64,000 bases of DNA from a virus (IMGVR_UViG_3300017650_000002); one strand, 5' to 3'. Numbered from the stretch's first letter, positions 33,439 to 44,069 are shown. The notes: generated from the letters alone by a model not told the origin. A program made the numbers and translations.

Positions 33439-34818
33439 ATGATTATCGGGCCTAGATCAGAATTCCAGGCCAGATACCTAAATTCTGATGCAGACATCAT
33501 TATTGCTGGAGGTGCGGCAGGAAGCTCTAAATCTTATGTAGGGCTGATGAGGCACATCAGGTGGTTTGAAGATCCATACTATCGTGGGTTCTGTATTCGG
33601 AAAAACTCCACTGCTATTATGAAGGAAGGCGGACTGTTTGATGAAGCTGTAGAGCTTTACAGACAGGTTGAGCCTAAGATTCAAATTAAGTTAAAAGACC
33701 AAAAGATTGTATTCCCATCAAGGGCTTCCGTATCATTCACACACTATGAGAATGACGCAGCAGGAAATACATTCCAAGGGTTGCAACTGTCAAGTGTCTT
33801 CTATGATGAAGCCACGCATGCTGCTGAGAAACACATTTGGTGGCTTGTGTCTCGTTTACGCTCCAAAGCTGCGATGAACCCATGCATCTGGTTGACATGT
33901 AACCCAGATCCAGACTCATACCTAAGGGAATGGGTGGATCCATGGTTATTCCCAGAAGGTCATGAGAAGGCAGGACTTCCAAACCCTGAAAAGAATGGAA
34001 GCGCCAAGTATATCATACGACAAGATGGTGATCTACGTTGGGCGGACACAAAAGAAGAGCTAATCGACCTTTATGGAAAAAACTGGCTTCCAATCGATCA
34101 CAAAGAACAGATTCAGCCAAAGAAGATCGAAGTGCACCTAGGGACCATCTATGATAACCCAACTCTTATGGAAACAAATCCAGGCTACCTATCAAGCCTA
34201 GAGGCTCTTCCAGAGGTTGAGAAGCAGAGGTTGCTACTAGGTAACTGGAACGTCCGTGAACAAGCTAGCTCCTATTTTAGCAGGAACTGGTGTGAGGAAG
34301 TTTCATACATCAATCCAAATGAAATACAGTCCACTGTTAGGACATTTGACTTCGCTATGACATTGAAGTCAGATCTTAACACTTCCCCTGACTACACAGT
34401 TTCAACCTTGATGCACAAGCTGAAGGATGGTACTTATGCTGTAGCTAGTGTAACAAGACATAGAATGCTTTCTGGGGATTGGATTAATTTCATTATAGAA
34501 ATTAGTAAGGATGACCCAAAAGGGACTTCATACTACCTCCCATTAGATCCTGGTCCTATGGCTAAACGTGCACACATAATCCTGAAGAGGGATCTTGCGG
34601 AGCTTGGATTAGCCTGTCAGACAATTAACACAAACAGTTCAAAGCTAGACAGGTTTAGGCCTTTCTCTGCATTTGCTCAAACCGGTGGTGTTAAGTTTGT
34701 AAAGGGCTGTGGGGTTGATTTGGAAAACAAAATCAACAACGAAAACAAGTTTATCTATAATGAGCTTGAAGCCTTTACTGGCGAAAGAAAGAAAGGAGAG
34801 AATGGGCACGACGATTAA
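33439..34818 (+). CDS. terL: terminase large subunit
   Basis: Walker A IIAGGAAGSSKSY, Walker B/coupling VFYDEATH, C-terminal nuclease-domain-sized region. Confidence 0.8.
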   Translation: MIIGPRSEFQARYLNSDADIIIAGGAAGSSKSYVGLMRHIRWFEDPYYRGFCIRKNSTAIMKEGGLFDEAVELYRQVEPKIQIKLKDQKIVFPSRASVSFTHYENDAAGNTFQGLQLSSVFYDEATHAAEKHIWWLVSRLRSKAAMNPCIWLTCNPDPDSYLREWVDPWLFPEGHEKAGLPNPEKNGSAKYIIRQDGDLRWADTKEELIDLYGKNWLPIDHKEQIQPKKIEVHLGTIYDNPTLMETNPGYLSSLEALPEVEKQRLLLGNWNVREQASSYFSRNWCEEVSYINPNEIQSTVRTFDFAMTLKSDLNTSPDYTVSTLMHKLKDGTYAVASVTRHRMLSGDWINFIIEISKDDPKGTSYYLPLDPGPMAKRAHIILKRDLAELGLACQTINTNSSKLDRFRPFSAFAQTGGVKFVKGCGVDLENKINNENKFIYNELEAFTGERKKGENGHDD

Positions 34819-34915
34819 CAAATAGGTCGTCTTTAAATCTATTGAAAACGGTGAAAACCCTCGTAAGAATTTACCTGGACAATACCGTGCGAAGCCTGGC
34901 AACAGGAACGTGTAA

Positions 34916-34954
34916 CGACTATCCCTTCGGGGAGTACACCCAAGTGGGTGGAAG
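34916..34954 (+). repeat. 39-bp intergenic element CGACTATCCCTTCGGGGAGTACACCCAAGTGGGTGGAAG (two hairpins), copy A
   Basis: Identical 39-mer recurs at 47807-47845; both copies are followed ~25-30 bp later by a GATATAGTC motif. Confidence 0.85.
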
Positions 34955-35031
34955 CGGTAGACACACAAAAGTGTGATGATATAGTCTAATCTGCATAGTA
35001 ATATGCAGCAGCCTTAACATGGAGAATTTCT

Positions 35032-35769
35032 ATGGCACATTTAAAAACAAGCATTCAGTATAAAGAATTTTACGAGTCTAACCTTTGGGGAACTATGCAG
35101 GTTGTCGATAGAAAACCTGGAAAGTTGAAGGTTAGGTTTACAGAGACAGGGTATGAGACTTGGGCTTACACCTACAACGTGTTGAACGGAAAAGTTGAAG
35201 ATAAAGTTGCTAGAGAGTCTTCAAAAACTAGGTGGAAACCCTACCATAAAGAGTTTTTGTCAAACTCTGGACATAGGTTCACGGCTTATGAGAAGTTAGG
35301 GAATAAGCTTAGGATTATCTTCCCTGTCACAGGATATTCAACAGTTGTGTACCAGAACAATGCAATTTCGGGTAAGGTTTCAGACCCTTACGAAATTTCT
35401 GTCCTTGGCGTAGGCTTTATTGGGGAATTTGACAAGTCAGTCCCTTATTGGAAACAGGCTAAGCAACTTTGGAATAATATGATGAAACGGTGTTATAACC
35501 CAAATGACACACGTGGATATTTTGGTGAATGCTTTGTTAGTGAAAGTTGGAAATGTTTTTCAAACTTCTTGAATGATATAAAACGATTGGAAGGATTCCA
35601 AGAGTGGTTGTCAGGAAAAATCCCGTATGATCTTGACAAAGATTCAAAGGTACTTGGGAACAAAGTTTATTCTTTTCCAGCTTGTAGATTTCTCCCTAGG
35701 ACTGAGAATAGATCACTAGGGGCAATCAATGCAAGAAAGGCTGGGCCTGTACTAACGACACAGGCTTAA
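35032..35769 (+). CDS. homing-endonuclease-like protein (N-terminal DNA-binding repeats + HNH_3-like core related to 18393/21825/31383)
   Basis: LWNNMMKRCYNP ... DLDKDSKVLGNKVYSFPAC pattern shared with the paralogs; free-standing between terminase and portal. Confidence 0.45.
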   Translation: MAHLKTSIQYKEFYESNLWGTMQVVDRKPGKLKVRFTETGYETWAYTYNVLNGKVEDKVARESSKTRWKPYHKEFLSNSGHRFTAYEKLGNKLRIIFPVTGYSTVVYQNNAISGKVSDPYEISVLGVGFIGEFDKSVPYWKQAKQLWNNMMKRCYNPNDTRGYFGECFVSESWKCFSNFLNDIKRLEGFQEWLSGKIPYDLDKDSKVLGNKVYSFPACRFLPRTENRSLGAINARKAGPVLTTQA

Positions 35770-35889
35770 TACAATGATTGTTGACACAATATCCGATGGA
35801 TTCTATGTGCTTGCCCGTAATAAGAGCATCCCAAGTTTCCACAGTTCGGCTACGAGTTTGATGCAACAAGTTAAATAACTGGAGGGCAA

Positions 35890-37356
35890 ATGGCCTTAGA
35901 AGAAAAACTTGAAGAAGGGCCTTTTCCTGCCCTACGCATGGCTAAGGGTCAAAGGTCTTTCAATGGACTCCAAGTTATTGGTGGAAAGATCCTTGAAGAA
36001 TGTAATCGAGACTTAAGGTGGCCCCAGTGTATGGTGACATACAAGGCCATGTTTAAGGACGCTACAATTGCTCCTGCCTTAGCCTTGATGGAAATGAATA
36101 TCTCAAAGGTGAAGTGGACGGTAAAGATTCCAGAAGGATATGATGAGCAGCTTTCTGAAAAAGCTGATTTCCTTCGTTCTGTGATGAACGATATGGATCA
36201 CTCCTTTGAAGACTTTATTAACTCGGTGTCAACATTCAATCGTTTTGGATTTGGTCTGAACGAGAAAGTATACCGTAGGCGTCTTAAATCGAAGGGTAGT
36301 AAGTATGATGACAATCTGTATGGAATTGCAAGCCTTCCTATAATCTCTCAAGACACTATAGCTTCTTGGGAATGGGATGCAGATGGCAGAAAGCTTACAG
36401 GGATTAAGCAATGGGTTAATAAGCCTCACGGGCAAGATGGAATTGTATCCTCCATCGAAGCCAGCCCAGTGGCTATTCCAAGACATAAATTCCTTATGTT
36501 CAGGGCAGATCCACTGAAGAATAACCCAGAAGGTCTAAGCCCACTTAACGGTGTGTATATGGCCTGGAGGTTTAAGACTGAGCTAGAGCGGTTTGAGTCT
36601 ATGGGTGTGTCCCAGGACCTACGTGGCCTGAAGGTTCTTAAGATTCCTGCACGGTATATGTCTGAAGAGGCCAGTGAAGACGAAAAGGCCACTTATGAAA
36701 TGTTTACCAAGGCGATGGCCTTGCTTCACAAAGGTGAGCAGTCTGCAATAATTATCCCTTCAGATGTTTCTGAAGAGAAGGTGCCGCTATTCGACTTTAA
36801 GCTTGAATCTGTTATGGGACAATCAACCCATAACATTCATGAAATCATAGGACGTTACAGAAAAGAAATAATTACTGGACTTCTGTGTCAGCAACTTATT
36901 CTAGGACAAGATGGGAGTGGTTCTTTCGCCCTATCAGAGTCTCTAGAGGGAGCAACAGATACAGTAATTGATGCCCGTCTTAGGGAAATTCGTAATCAAC
37001 TAAACCATGATCTTGTACCACAACTTTTCGCTTTGAATGGTTGGGACACAGATATTCTTCCGTACTTCGATTTTGAAGAAGTCAAGAAGAGCAGCATGGA
37101 TGATTTCTCCAAGTCTATCCAACGTATTGCATCTGTTGGTGGGCTAGTTCTTAATGCTGAAACTATTAATACTATTCACGAGAAGCTTGGACTTCCAGTT
37201 CCATTTGACCAAACAGATATTGATATCGAGGAAGTTAGGGAAATGACAACTCCTGATATCAGTAATGCCGGAGAAGGAATGCAAACTGGGTCTGGGAACG
37301 GAACATCTAGTTCCGCTGCCGGTAGAGATAATTCAGCTTCAAATTTGGAGAATTAA
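35890..37356 (+). CDS. portal protein
   Basis: 488-aa protein immediately after the terminase module and before protease/scaffold/capsid; acidic disordered C-tail. Confidence 0.55.
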   Translation: MALEEKLEEGPFPALRMAKGQRSFNGLQVIGGKILEECNRDLRWPQCMVTYKAMFKDATIAPALALMEMNISKVKWTVKIPEGYDEQLSEKADFLRSVMNDMDHSFEDFINSVSTFNRFGFGLNEKVYRRRLKSKGSKYDDNLYGIASLPIISQDTIASWEWDADGRKLTGIKQWVNKPHGQDGIVSSIEASPVAIPRHKFLMFRADPLKNNPEGLSPLNGVYMAWRFKTELERFESMGVSQDLRGLKVLKIPARYMSEEASEDEKATYEMFTKAMALLHKGEQSAIIIPSDVSEEKVPLFDFKLESVMGQSTHNIHEIIGRYRKEIITGLLCQQLILGQDGSGSFALSESLEGATDTVIDARLREIRNQLNHDLVPQLFALNGWDTDILPYFDFEEVKKSSMDDFSKSIQRIASVGGLVLNAETINTIHEKLGLPVPFDQTDIDIEEVREMTTPDISNAGEGMQTGSGNGTSSSAAGRDNSASNLEN

Positions 37357-37815
37357 ATGAGTGATAGTCTGTTATCCAAAATTTGTTCAAGACTTGGCAT
37401 TGTAAAAGCCAAGGAGGACAAAGAAGAGGAGATGATTAGCTACGAAGTTGTCTACGAACCAAACACTAAAGACGCCCACAATCAATGGATGAGTGAAGAC
37501 ACTATCCGTAAGGGTTGTGAAAACTTTAATGCTAATCTTGCTAAGGGAGTGGTTAAACCAAACCTATTCCACATGAAAGACACCGATCAGTTTGAAATCG
37601 TAAAAACCTGGATTAACGAAGAGCTTGATGTAAAGGTACAAGGTACTGAAGAGGCCATTTCAAAGGGATCCTGGGTGGCAATGATCAAGTACAACGACAG
37701 TAACCTGTGGGAGCTTAGAAAGGCGAACATTGTACAGGGAGTTTCTATTGGATGCCTTGGCACTGTCAATGATGAAACCGGGGAGATTACCAATCTCTCT
37801 TTTGACGGAGAGTAA
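37357..37815 (+). CDS. putative prohead protease / head maturation protein
   Basis: Position between portal and scaffold; 152 aa; no confident motif. Confidence 0.35.
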   Translation: MSDSLLSKICSRLGIVKAKEDKEEEMISYEVVYEPNTKDAHNQWMSEDTIRKGCENFNANLAKGVVKPNLFHMKDTDQFEIVKTWINEELDVKVQGTEEAISKGSWVAMIKYNDSNLWELRKANIVQGVSIGCLGTVNDETGEITNLSFDGE

Positions 37816-37816
37816 T

Positions 37817-38773
37817 ATGCTGGTAATCAAGAATAGGGATGAGGAGAAGGAGAAGAGTTCTCCCCATCTCGCACTTACGCATGAAGCTCAGGGAGGGCCT
37901 GCAAATGGCCGACGTGCTGCGCTTCTGCTTAAGAATGTTGAAGATATGACTACAGATGACAAGTTATTTCTGGAGACATTCTTGAAGTCCCAAGACCCTA
38001 AGGATGAGATTGAGAAATCGTCTTATCAGTCTTTATATCGCAAGCTAGATGTTGCTGTATCTAGTTATGTGAAGGACAAGATTGATCGCTGGGGATGGGC
38101 CTACGTTAGAGATTTTGACGATAAGACAGTTATTTTCTCTGGCAACGGTGGGGTATATGCTATCTCCTACTCTGTTGATTCCTCTTCTGAGGTTTCACTT
38201 GGTGAAGAAGCTACCCTTGTGAATGAAGTCCTATCTTGGGAAGACAGCGAAGGAAAGATTGTTGTTTCTCAAAGTGACTCCATTCCTGGCGATGTTTCAC
38301 AACTGGTAGCTAAATCATTCATGGAGCCTCGTGCTGATGATGAGAAAGTTGCTACGATTTTTAAATCTATCTATGAAGAAGGTAAGCAAATGGATGAACT
38401 AAAGGTTCAAAATGAAGCCCTTACTCAAGAAGTAGCCACTCTTAAGGCTGACCTTGAAAAGGCCCTAAAAACCCTAAATGAAGCTGCTGAAGCTAAAGCC
38501 CTAGAGAAGGCTGAAAAGCGTCTAGAAGTTATTAAGGGATTTGCCATCGATGGTGAAGTTGAGGCTCTACACAAGTCTCTAGCCTCTCTTGATGATGAGT
38601 CTTTTGATACAGTCACCAAGTCAATGGCTGCTGCTGTTAAGGCTAAGGAAGAAGGCTCAGAACTGTTTAAGACAGTCTCAAGCGCAACTGCCCCAGTAAC
38701 ACAAAGTCAAGTCGAAAAGACATCAGGTCAGATGCTAGTTGAAGCTATGTCTGCCCTAAACAAGAATAAGTAA
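37817..38773 (+). CDS. scaffolding protein
   Basis: Acidic, Ala/Glu/Lys-rich coiled-coil sequence located just before the decoration and major capsid genes. Confidence 0.5.
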   Translation: MLVIKNRDEEKEKSSPHLALTHEAQGGPANGRRAALLLKNVEDMTTDDKLFLETFLKSQDPKDEIEKSSYQSLYRKLDVAVSSYVKDKIDRWGWAYVRDFDDKTVIFSGNGGVYAISYSVDSSSEVSLGEEATLVNEVLSWEDSEGKIVVSQSDSIPGDVSQLVAKSFMEPRADDEKVATIFKSIYEEGKQMDELKVQNEALTQEVATLKADLEKALKTLNEAAEAKALEKAEKRLEVIKGFAIDGEVEALHKSLASLDDESFDTVTKSMAAAVKAKEEGSELFKTVSSATAPVTQSQVEKTSGQMLVEAMSALNKNK

Positions 38774-38792
38774 TAAACCCAAAGGAAAAGAA

Positions 38793-39257
38793 ATGGCTCT
38801 ACAAACCTTTAAGCAAGACATCCTGACAGACCTAGTTGCTCACGAAGACAGCCCATATGACGGTTATGCCCGTCGAGTTGTAAACGTCACCCTAGGTGCT
38901 AATGCTATTGTTAAGATGGGTACTGTTGTATTCCGCACAGCTTCAATTGATCAGACCCTTCCATACGCCCCAGTTACCCCAGCTAATGCTGCCACAGCCC
39001 TGGTTGATGGCAATGAACTAGCTGTCGTTTTTGGCGACAAGTTTGGTGCAAAGACTGAGTTCACAAACGTCACTGCCGGTAATGCCCCATGTGTATCCTT
39101 CGTTCGCGGTGAAGTTCAGCTAAAGGATCATCTCCTAATGGACAACTGTGGTATTACCAGCCGCACTTCAGCCGAATACAAGGCTCTGAAGGGAATTCTG
39201 GAACTACAGGGTGTAATCATCGAAACAACCCTAGGACACGTTCCAGCTGGTCTGTAA
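38793..39257 (+). CDS. head decoration protein (lambda gpD-like placement)
   Basis: 154-aa beta-rich protein directly upstream of a lambda-E-like capsid gene. Confidence 0.4.
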   Translation: MALQTFKQDILTDLVAHEDSPYDGYARRVVNVTLGANAIVKMGTVVFRTASIDQTLPYAPVTPANAATALVDGNELAVVFGDKFGAKTEFTNVTAGNAPCVSFVRGEVQLKDHLLMDNCGITSRTSAEYKALKGILELQGVIIETTLGHVPAGL

Positions 39258-39282
39258 TACAACAAGAATAACGGAGAATTAA

Positions 39283-40356
39283 ATGACTGATCAAGTTCAA
39301 CTAAGCAAGGCTATTGGTAACATCTTTGTTCCAGGCAAGCGTATCGATATTACCCCTACCGTTGAGGTGGTTGGTAATACCTGGGGTCTGATGAACGCCC
39401 TAGGCCTGTTTGAAAATGAAATGAAGTCCCAGAAGCTAGTACAGATCAACACTGTAGAAGATGTTGATACCCTACTAACTGACCGTAACTGGGATGAGCG
39501 TAAGAACACAATGAAGCGTGGTGAGCGTAAGTACACCACAGTTGCTATTCCCCACTTCCCAGTGCAGGACGCTGTTCTTCCTAACGACCTAGACGGTAAC
39601 ACCGATATCGACGCTCTGTTTGCAGGACGTATCGACATGCCACTGACACTACAAAGCGTAATGTCAAAGAAGCTGCTGGCTATGCGTAAGGCTGCTGCCC
39701 TTTCACTAGAGTATGCACGTATGCAGCTAATCAAGGACGGAAGCGTCTATGCTCCTAACGGCACCGTAGTTACCAACTTCTACACAGAGTTTGGTGTCAC
39801 ACGTCAGACCATCCCTCTAGATCTAGCTTCAACAACAGATAACCCAATCGGTAAGATGGGTGGTGTTTACGCTCAGGTTCAAGATAGCGTCCTGTCAGGT
39901 GACACTGTAACTGATATCGTAGCTCTGTGTTCACCAGAGTTCTTCGAGGCCCTAATCACTAACCCATTCGTTACTGAATCATATCAGTATTTCAATCAAG
40001 CTCAGGGTCCACAAATCCTGAACCAACGTCTAGCTACTCGCGCTCCTCTGGACGCTCGCTATCGTGTGTTTGATTATGGTGGTATCACATTCATCGAAGT
40101 ACGTGGTGGTGTTGGTGGTGTCCGTTACGTTGAAGCAGGCAAGGCTTATGTATTCCCACGCGGTACAGATTCCTTCCGTACTTTCTTCGCTCCAGCGAAT
40201 AAGTTTGCTTCAATCAACCAGACTGCACAAGAAGTCTACGCGTTCACATACGCAAACGAGGAGGATGACATCATCGAACTCGAAACAGAAACTAACTTCC
40301 TGAACGCCCTAGTGCGTCCTCAGATTGTTATGACTCTGGACATGGCTGCTGCTTAA
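39283..40356 (+). CDS. major capsid protein (lambda gpE-like family)
   Basis: 357 aa, compositionally biased and highly expressed-looking, followed by a strong terminator; lambda-E-like pattern. Confidence 0.65.
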   Translation: MTDQVQLSKAIGNIFVPGKRIDITPTVEVVGNTWGLMNALGLFENEMKSQKLVQINTVEDVDTLLTDRNWDERKNTMKRGERKYTTVAIPHFPVQDAVLPNDLDGNTDIDALFAGRIDMPLTLQSVMSKKLLAMRKAAALSLEYARMQLIKDGSVYAPNGTVVTNFYTEFGVTRQTIPLDLASTTDNPIGKMGGVYAQVQDSVLSGDTVTDIVALCSPEFFEALITNPFVTESYQYFNQAQGPQILNQRLATRAPLDARYRVFDYGGITFIEVRGGVGGVRYVEAGKAYVFPRGTDSFRTFFAPANKFASINQTAQEVYAFTYANEEDDIIELETETNFLNALVRPQIVMTLDMAAA

Positions 40357-40371
40357 TAGGCAGCATCGAAA

Positions 40372-40400
40372 GGGGGAGGCTTGTCCTCCCTCTTTTTGTT
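40372..40400 (+). terminator. intrinsic terminator GGGGGAGG-CTTGT-CCTCCC + TCTTTTTGTTT after the capsid gene
   Basis: Read directly. Confidence 0.65.
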
Positions 40401-40423
40401 TATACATATATTGGAGCTATTAC

Positions 40424-40900
40424 ATGGCAATTACTCCTGAACAACAGGCTAAGATTGATTTGGTGAGGTTGCTGGTTGGTGACACTCCAGAAAGTATTTT
40501 CTACCCAATGCTCACAGATGAGCAATATTTTGCAATCTTAGAGCTTGAGAATTGGAATGTAATGAGGGCAGCCAGACGTGCAGCCATTTCTATTGCATTT
40601 CAACTCGCTAGGACAAACTCCAGGGAAAGAACTGGAGATATTGAAGTCTGGAACAACTCGTACTCAGAGTATAGAAAAGTTCTGGAGCTACTTATTAATG
40701 ATTCTGGGGCTTTCAACCTGCCCGCAGGATTAAGGCCTTATGCTGGAGGGATCAGCAAAGAGGAGATGTGTAAGCTGCTTAGCGACCCCGATGTGGTACG
40801 TAGCCCTCTTACACAGATATCCCCATGTGTAGCGTGGTGGACAAGACTTGACAGAGATTGTTGTTACCCCAACGGATCAAAATTTGGAGTTAGGTTATGA
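40424..40900 (+). CDS. head-tail connector / head completion protein (putative)
   Basis: Position after the capsid gene; 158 aa. Confidence 0.4.
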   Translation: MAITPEQQAKIDLVRLLVGDTPESIFYPMLTDEQYFAILELENWNVMRAARRAAISIAFQLARTNSRERTGDIEVWNNSYSEYRKVLELLINDSGAFNLPAGLRPYAGGISKEEMCKLLSDPDVVRSPLTQISPCVAWWTRLDRDCCYPNGSKFGVRL

Positions 40901-41214
40901 AATTTCCCAATAACGCAGCGAGATTAGATTATCTCGCAAAGCAGGAATTAGGTGAAGCCCCAACTTGGGACACTATAGAAGGTAAACCGGCTGTTCTGGC
41001 AGAAGGACAGACACAGGAAGAGGCAAGGTCAGCAATTGGCGCTGGCACATCAGACTTATCGTTAGGCTCAACTTCCAGTGAAGCAGCCCCTGGTAATCAT
41101 GACCATGCCATAGCAGCAGATGTAGCAAGTGGGCTTGCTTCGGCAGCAGATCTACAATCAGCATTTATAGCTCTGTCTATTAGAATTAAAGCTCTTGAAG
41201 ACGCAACACCATAA
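40897..41214 (+). CDS. hypothetical structural protein (105 aa)
   Basis: Overlapping start; Ala/Ser-rich. Confidence 0.4.
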   Translation: MKFPNNAARLDYLAKQELGEAPTWDTIEGKPAVLAEGQTQEEARSAIGAGTSDLSLGSTSSEAAPGNHDHAIAADVASGLASAADLQSAFIALSIRIKALEDATP

Positions 41215-41312
41215 CGGGGTTTTAAGTGAAGTATATGAGTTCATAGTGCTATTTTCTAATAATAGTCCTGAAGATTGTTTTATAAAATACAGTAGGTGGT
41301 AAGGAGATAATA

Positions 41313-41699
41313 ATGGCAATCACACAAAGAACTTTCCCCACCTTCTCCCTTACCAATAAGGTTAGTGTGACTGTCAGGAGAAAGGGGAAAGGTGATTGGG
41401 TTGATGGAGAGTGGATCACTTCCCCTGATACCCTAGTCACAATAGAAGCTAACGTCCAGCCAGTACAATTTAAAGAAATCATGATGATGTCTGAGTCTGA
41501 AAGGACAAAAGAATGGATCAAGCTGTATTCTGTAGATGAGCTTCGTGCAGGCATGGAAGGTCCTGGCGGATGGGAGGCTGATATAGTTGTATGGGAAGGT
41601 CTTACATATCGAGTCATGAAATCTAGAAAGTATGTGATGGGAGTTTTGGACCATTATCATGCCATGGCCGCTAGAGAGCCTGTTTCTGCCAAGGATTGA
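41313..41699 (+). CDS. head-tail joining protein (putative)
   Basis: Position; 128 aa. Confidence 0.4.
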   Translation: MAITQRTFPTFSLTNKVSVTVRRKGKGDWVDGEWITSPDTLVTIEANVQPVQFKEIMMMSESERTKEWIKLYSVDELRAGMEGPGGWEADIVVWEGLTYRVMKSRKYVMGVLDHYHAMAAREPVSAKD

Positions 41700-41700
41700 C

Positions 41701-42198
41701 ATGCTGAAGATCAAGACTTACGCAAAGGTAGAAGTTGATAACAGGATGTGGGAGAAGATGAAGGGGAACCTTCTGAAGGGTGGAGACAAAACAGTTCAGG
41801 TGGGATGGTGGGCAGACTATCACCCATCTGGACCCCCTACCGCTCAGATTGCAGCTTGGAACGAAGAGGGCCATGTAAACATGGGAATGTTTGCAGGAAC
41901 TATCACTCCAGCCCGTCCCTTTATTCGTAAAGGGTTTGTCCCAGAGTCTAAGAAAATAATCCCTAAGTTTTATAAGGATATACACCTAATAGCTATTGGC
42001 AAGAAATCTTGGACGAGTTTTTACAGAGAATTCGGGACAAAACTTCTTAAGATCATGCAAGAGACTATACACAAGTGGGACACCCCACCTAATAGTCCGG
42101 CTACAGTTGGCTTGAAGGGATTCAATAATCCACTTATAGAAACTGGGTACATGCAATCCTCTGTTAAATACAGAATAGTTAGTAAGGGTGGAAAATGA
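41701..42198 (+). CDS. tail completion / neck protein (putative)
   Basis: Start trimmed to MLKIKTYAK; position between head completion and sheath. Confidence 0.4.
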   Translation: MLKIKTYAKVEVDNRMWEKMKGNLLKGGDKTVQVGWWADYHPSGPPTAQIAAWNEEGHVNMGMFAGTITPARPFIRKGFVPESKKIIPKFYKDIHLIAIGKKSWTSFYREFGTKLLKIMQETIHKWDTPPNSPATVGLKGFNNPLIETGYMQSSVKYRIVSKGGK

Positions 42199-42707
42199 GT
42201 ATTGTAAAACAGATAAGACCAAAATTAAATAATGCCCTTAAAGATATTCTTGACACGATTGGGTACACAGATACAAAGGTAATCTATTCCGATCAGAACG
42301 GATTGGAGCCAGATAACACTTATGGGGTTGTAAATATACTTAACATATCTCAGGTTGGCTTCAGAGATGAAAGTACTTTAATTTACGCTCAGCCGGATAA
42401 TCTAGAGTTTGTAACACATCATACTATATCTACACAGATAAGTTTTGTCGGTACAGAAGCTGGAAGTGTTGCCTACGATTTTAGGCAAAATATGGTCAAT
42501 AACAGAAGATGCTTCGAGATTCTTATGAGGTCAAATTTTGGTATTGCAAGCAGAGGGGATGTTAGGCGCATTCCACAAAAAAGAGAAAGTGCGTGGGTGG
42601 AAGCCTACAACATGGATATTGACTTTACATTCTCAGTGTTCTCTCGTGAATCTTACGATTGGGTTGAGGATGCAGTAGTTAATGAAGAGTTAATAATTGG
42701 TGATTAA
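42195..42707 (+). CDS. tail terminator / sheath stabiliser (putative)
   Basis: Overlapping start; position immediately upstream of the sheath gene. Confidence 0.4.
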   Translation: MSIVKQIRPKLNNALKDILDTIGYTDTKVIYSDQNGLEPDNTYGVVNILNISQVGFRDESTLIYAQPDNLEFVTHHTISTQISFVGTEAGSVAYDFRQNMVNNRRCFEILMRSNFGIASRGDVRRIPQKRESAWVEAYNMDIDFTFSVFSRESYDWVEDAVVNEELIIGD

Positions 42708-42722
42708 ATTAAGGAATAAATA

Positions 42723-44069
42723 ATGTCACAAATCGATAATATTGTTCAGGTAAACATCAGCCGCAATACCACACAAATTGATATTGCTGCTTTTGATATC
42801 CCCCTGATCCTGGTTGCAATGACAGACTCAGATGCAGGATTTACTGATAGGGTTAGGACTTATACGGACCTAGAAGGGGTTGCAGCCGACCTTGGTGTAA
42901 ACCATAATGGATATAAGATTGCACAAAAGCTTCTAGGTGGACAGCTTCGCCCAGCCACATTTAAGATTGGTAAGGTAAATAAGCAGTCTGGGTCAGAAGA
43001 AACTTACGCCGAAGGTCTGCTGGCAGTTACAGAGTTTGACGACACATGGTATGTTCTGATCACAGACACACATCTGGACGAGGATATTGACGAAGTAGCA
43101 AACACCATCCAGGCTATGAGGAAGATCTATGCCACATCCACCTCATCCCAGCTTGCATACCAGCAGACTCAAACTGTAGAGTACACAGCCACAGTTAAGT
43201 TTGACCTAACTGGCGCAGCTGACGGGGATAAGATTTCTGTGCTGATTGCAGGAGAGAAGTATCAATCCACAATGGCAACAGGGGATTGGGGCACATTCAC
43301 TTACGTGGGGTCTGGCTCAGGAACATTTGCAGGGACCTTCACTCTTGACGATCTTACTGGAATCCTAACAGTTGAAAACTCAATTGCTTACACAGTTACC
43401 CGAGCAGATCAGGTAATCGCAGCTGGATTTACAGGTCAAGTTCCACAAGAGGATGTCTCACTGACTGACCCCGTTGGTATGGACATTGCCCAAAGACTAC
43501 AGTTCAAGGGCATGGATCGTACATTTATCATGTTCTCCAACACAGCAGACTCTGAATGGCCTGAAGCTGCATGGGTAGGACCACAGATTGTAGAAGTTCC
43601 AGGTAGCAACACTTGGGAATATAAGGCTCTGGCCGGTGTTACAGTTTCAACACTAACCTCAAGCCAGATCACAATCCTGGAAAGCCGTGGGTATAACTAC
43701 TATATCAGGGTGAAGGGAGCCAATATCTCCAGGCGTGGTAAGGTTGCTCAAGGGGAGTGGATCGACGTAATGATTCTTGTGGACTGGCTACACGCCAGAA
43801 TCCAAGAGCAAATCTTCTTCCGTCTGATCAACTCAAGAAAGATCCCTTACACAGATGCTGGTGCTGTTATCATCGAAAACGAAATTCGTTCTGTTCTATC
43901 ACAAGCACAAGCTAATGGTGGTATCGATCAGTACACAGTAGTATCTCCTCGTGTCCTGTCAATTCCAGAAATGCAAAGGGCTGCCCGTGTTATGGGTGAC
44001 TTCACCTTCGACGCTAGGCTGGCTGGCGCTGTTTCTGTGGTTGTCATTCGTGGTGTTGTGCATGCTTAA
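42723..44069 (+). CDS. tail sheath protein (DUF3383-like)
   Basis: 448-aa protein preceding tube-like genes in a contractile-tail module. Confidence 0.5.
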   Translation: MSQIDNIVQVNISRNTTQIDIAAFDIPLILVAMTDSDAGFTDRVRTYTDLEGVAADLGVNHNGYKIAQKLLGGQLRPATFKIGKVNKQSGSEETYAEGLLAVTEFDDTWYVLITDTHLDEDIDEVANTIQAMRKIYATSTSSQLAYQQTQTVEYTATVKFDLTGAADGDKISVLIAGEKYQSTMATGDWGTFTYVGSGSGTFAGTFTLDDLTGILTVENSIAYTVTRADQVIAAGFTGQVPQEDVSLTDPVGMDIAQRLQFKGMDRTFIMFSNTADSEWPEAAWVGPQIVEVPGSNTWEYKALAGVTVSTLTSSQITILESRGYNYYIRVKGANISRRGKVAQGEWIDVMILVDWLHARIQEQIFFRLINSRKIPYTDAGAVIIENEIRSVLSQAQANGGIDQYTVVSPRVLSIPEMQRAARVMGDFTFDARLAGAVSVVVIRGVVHA

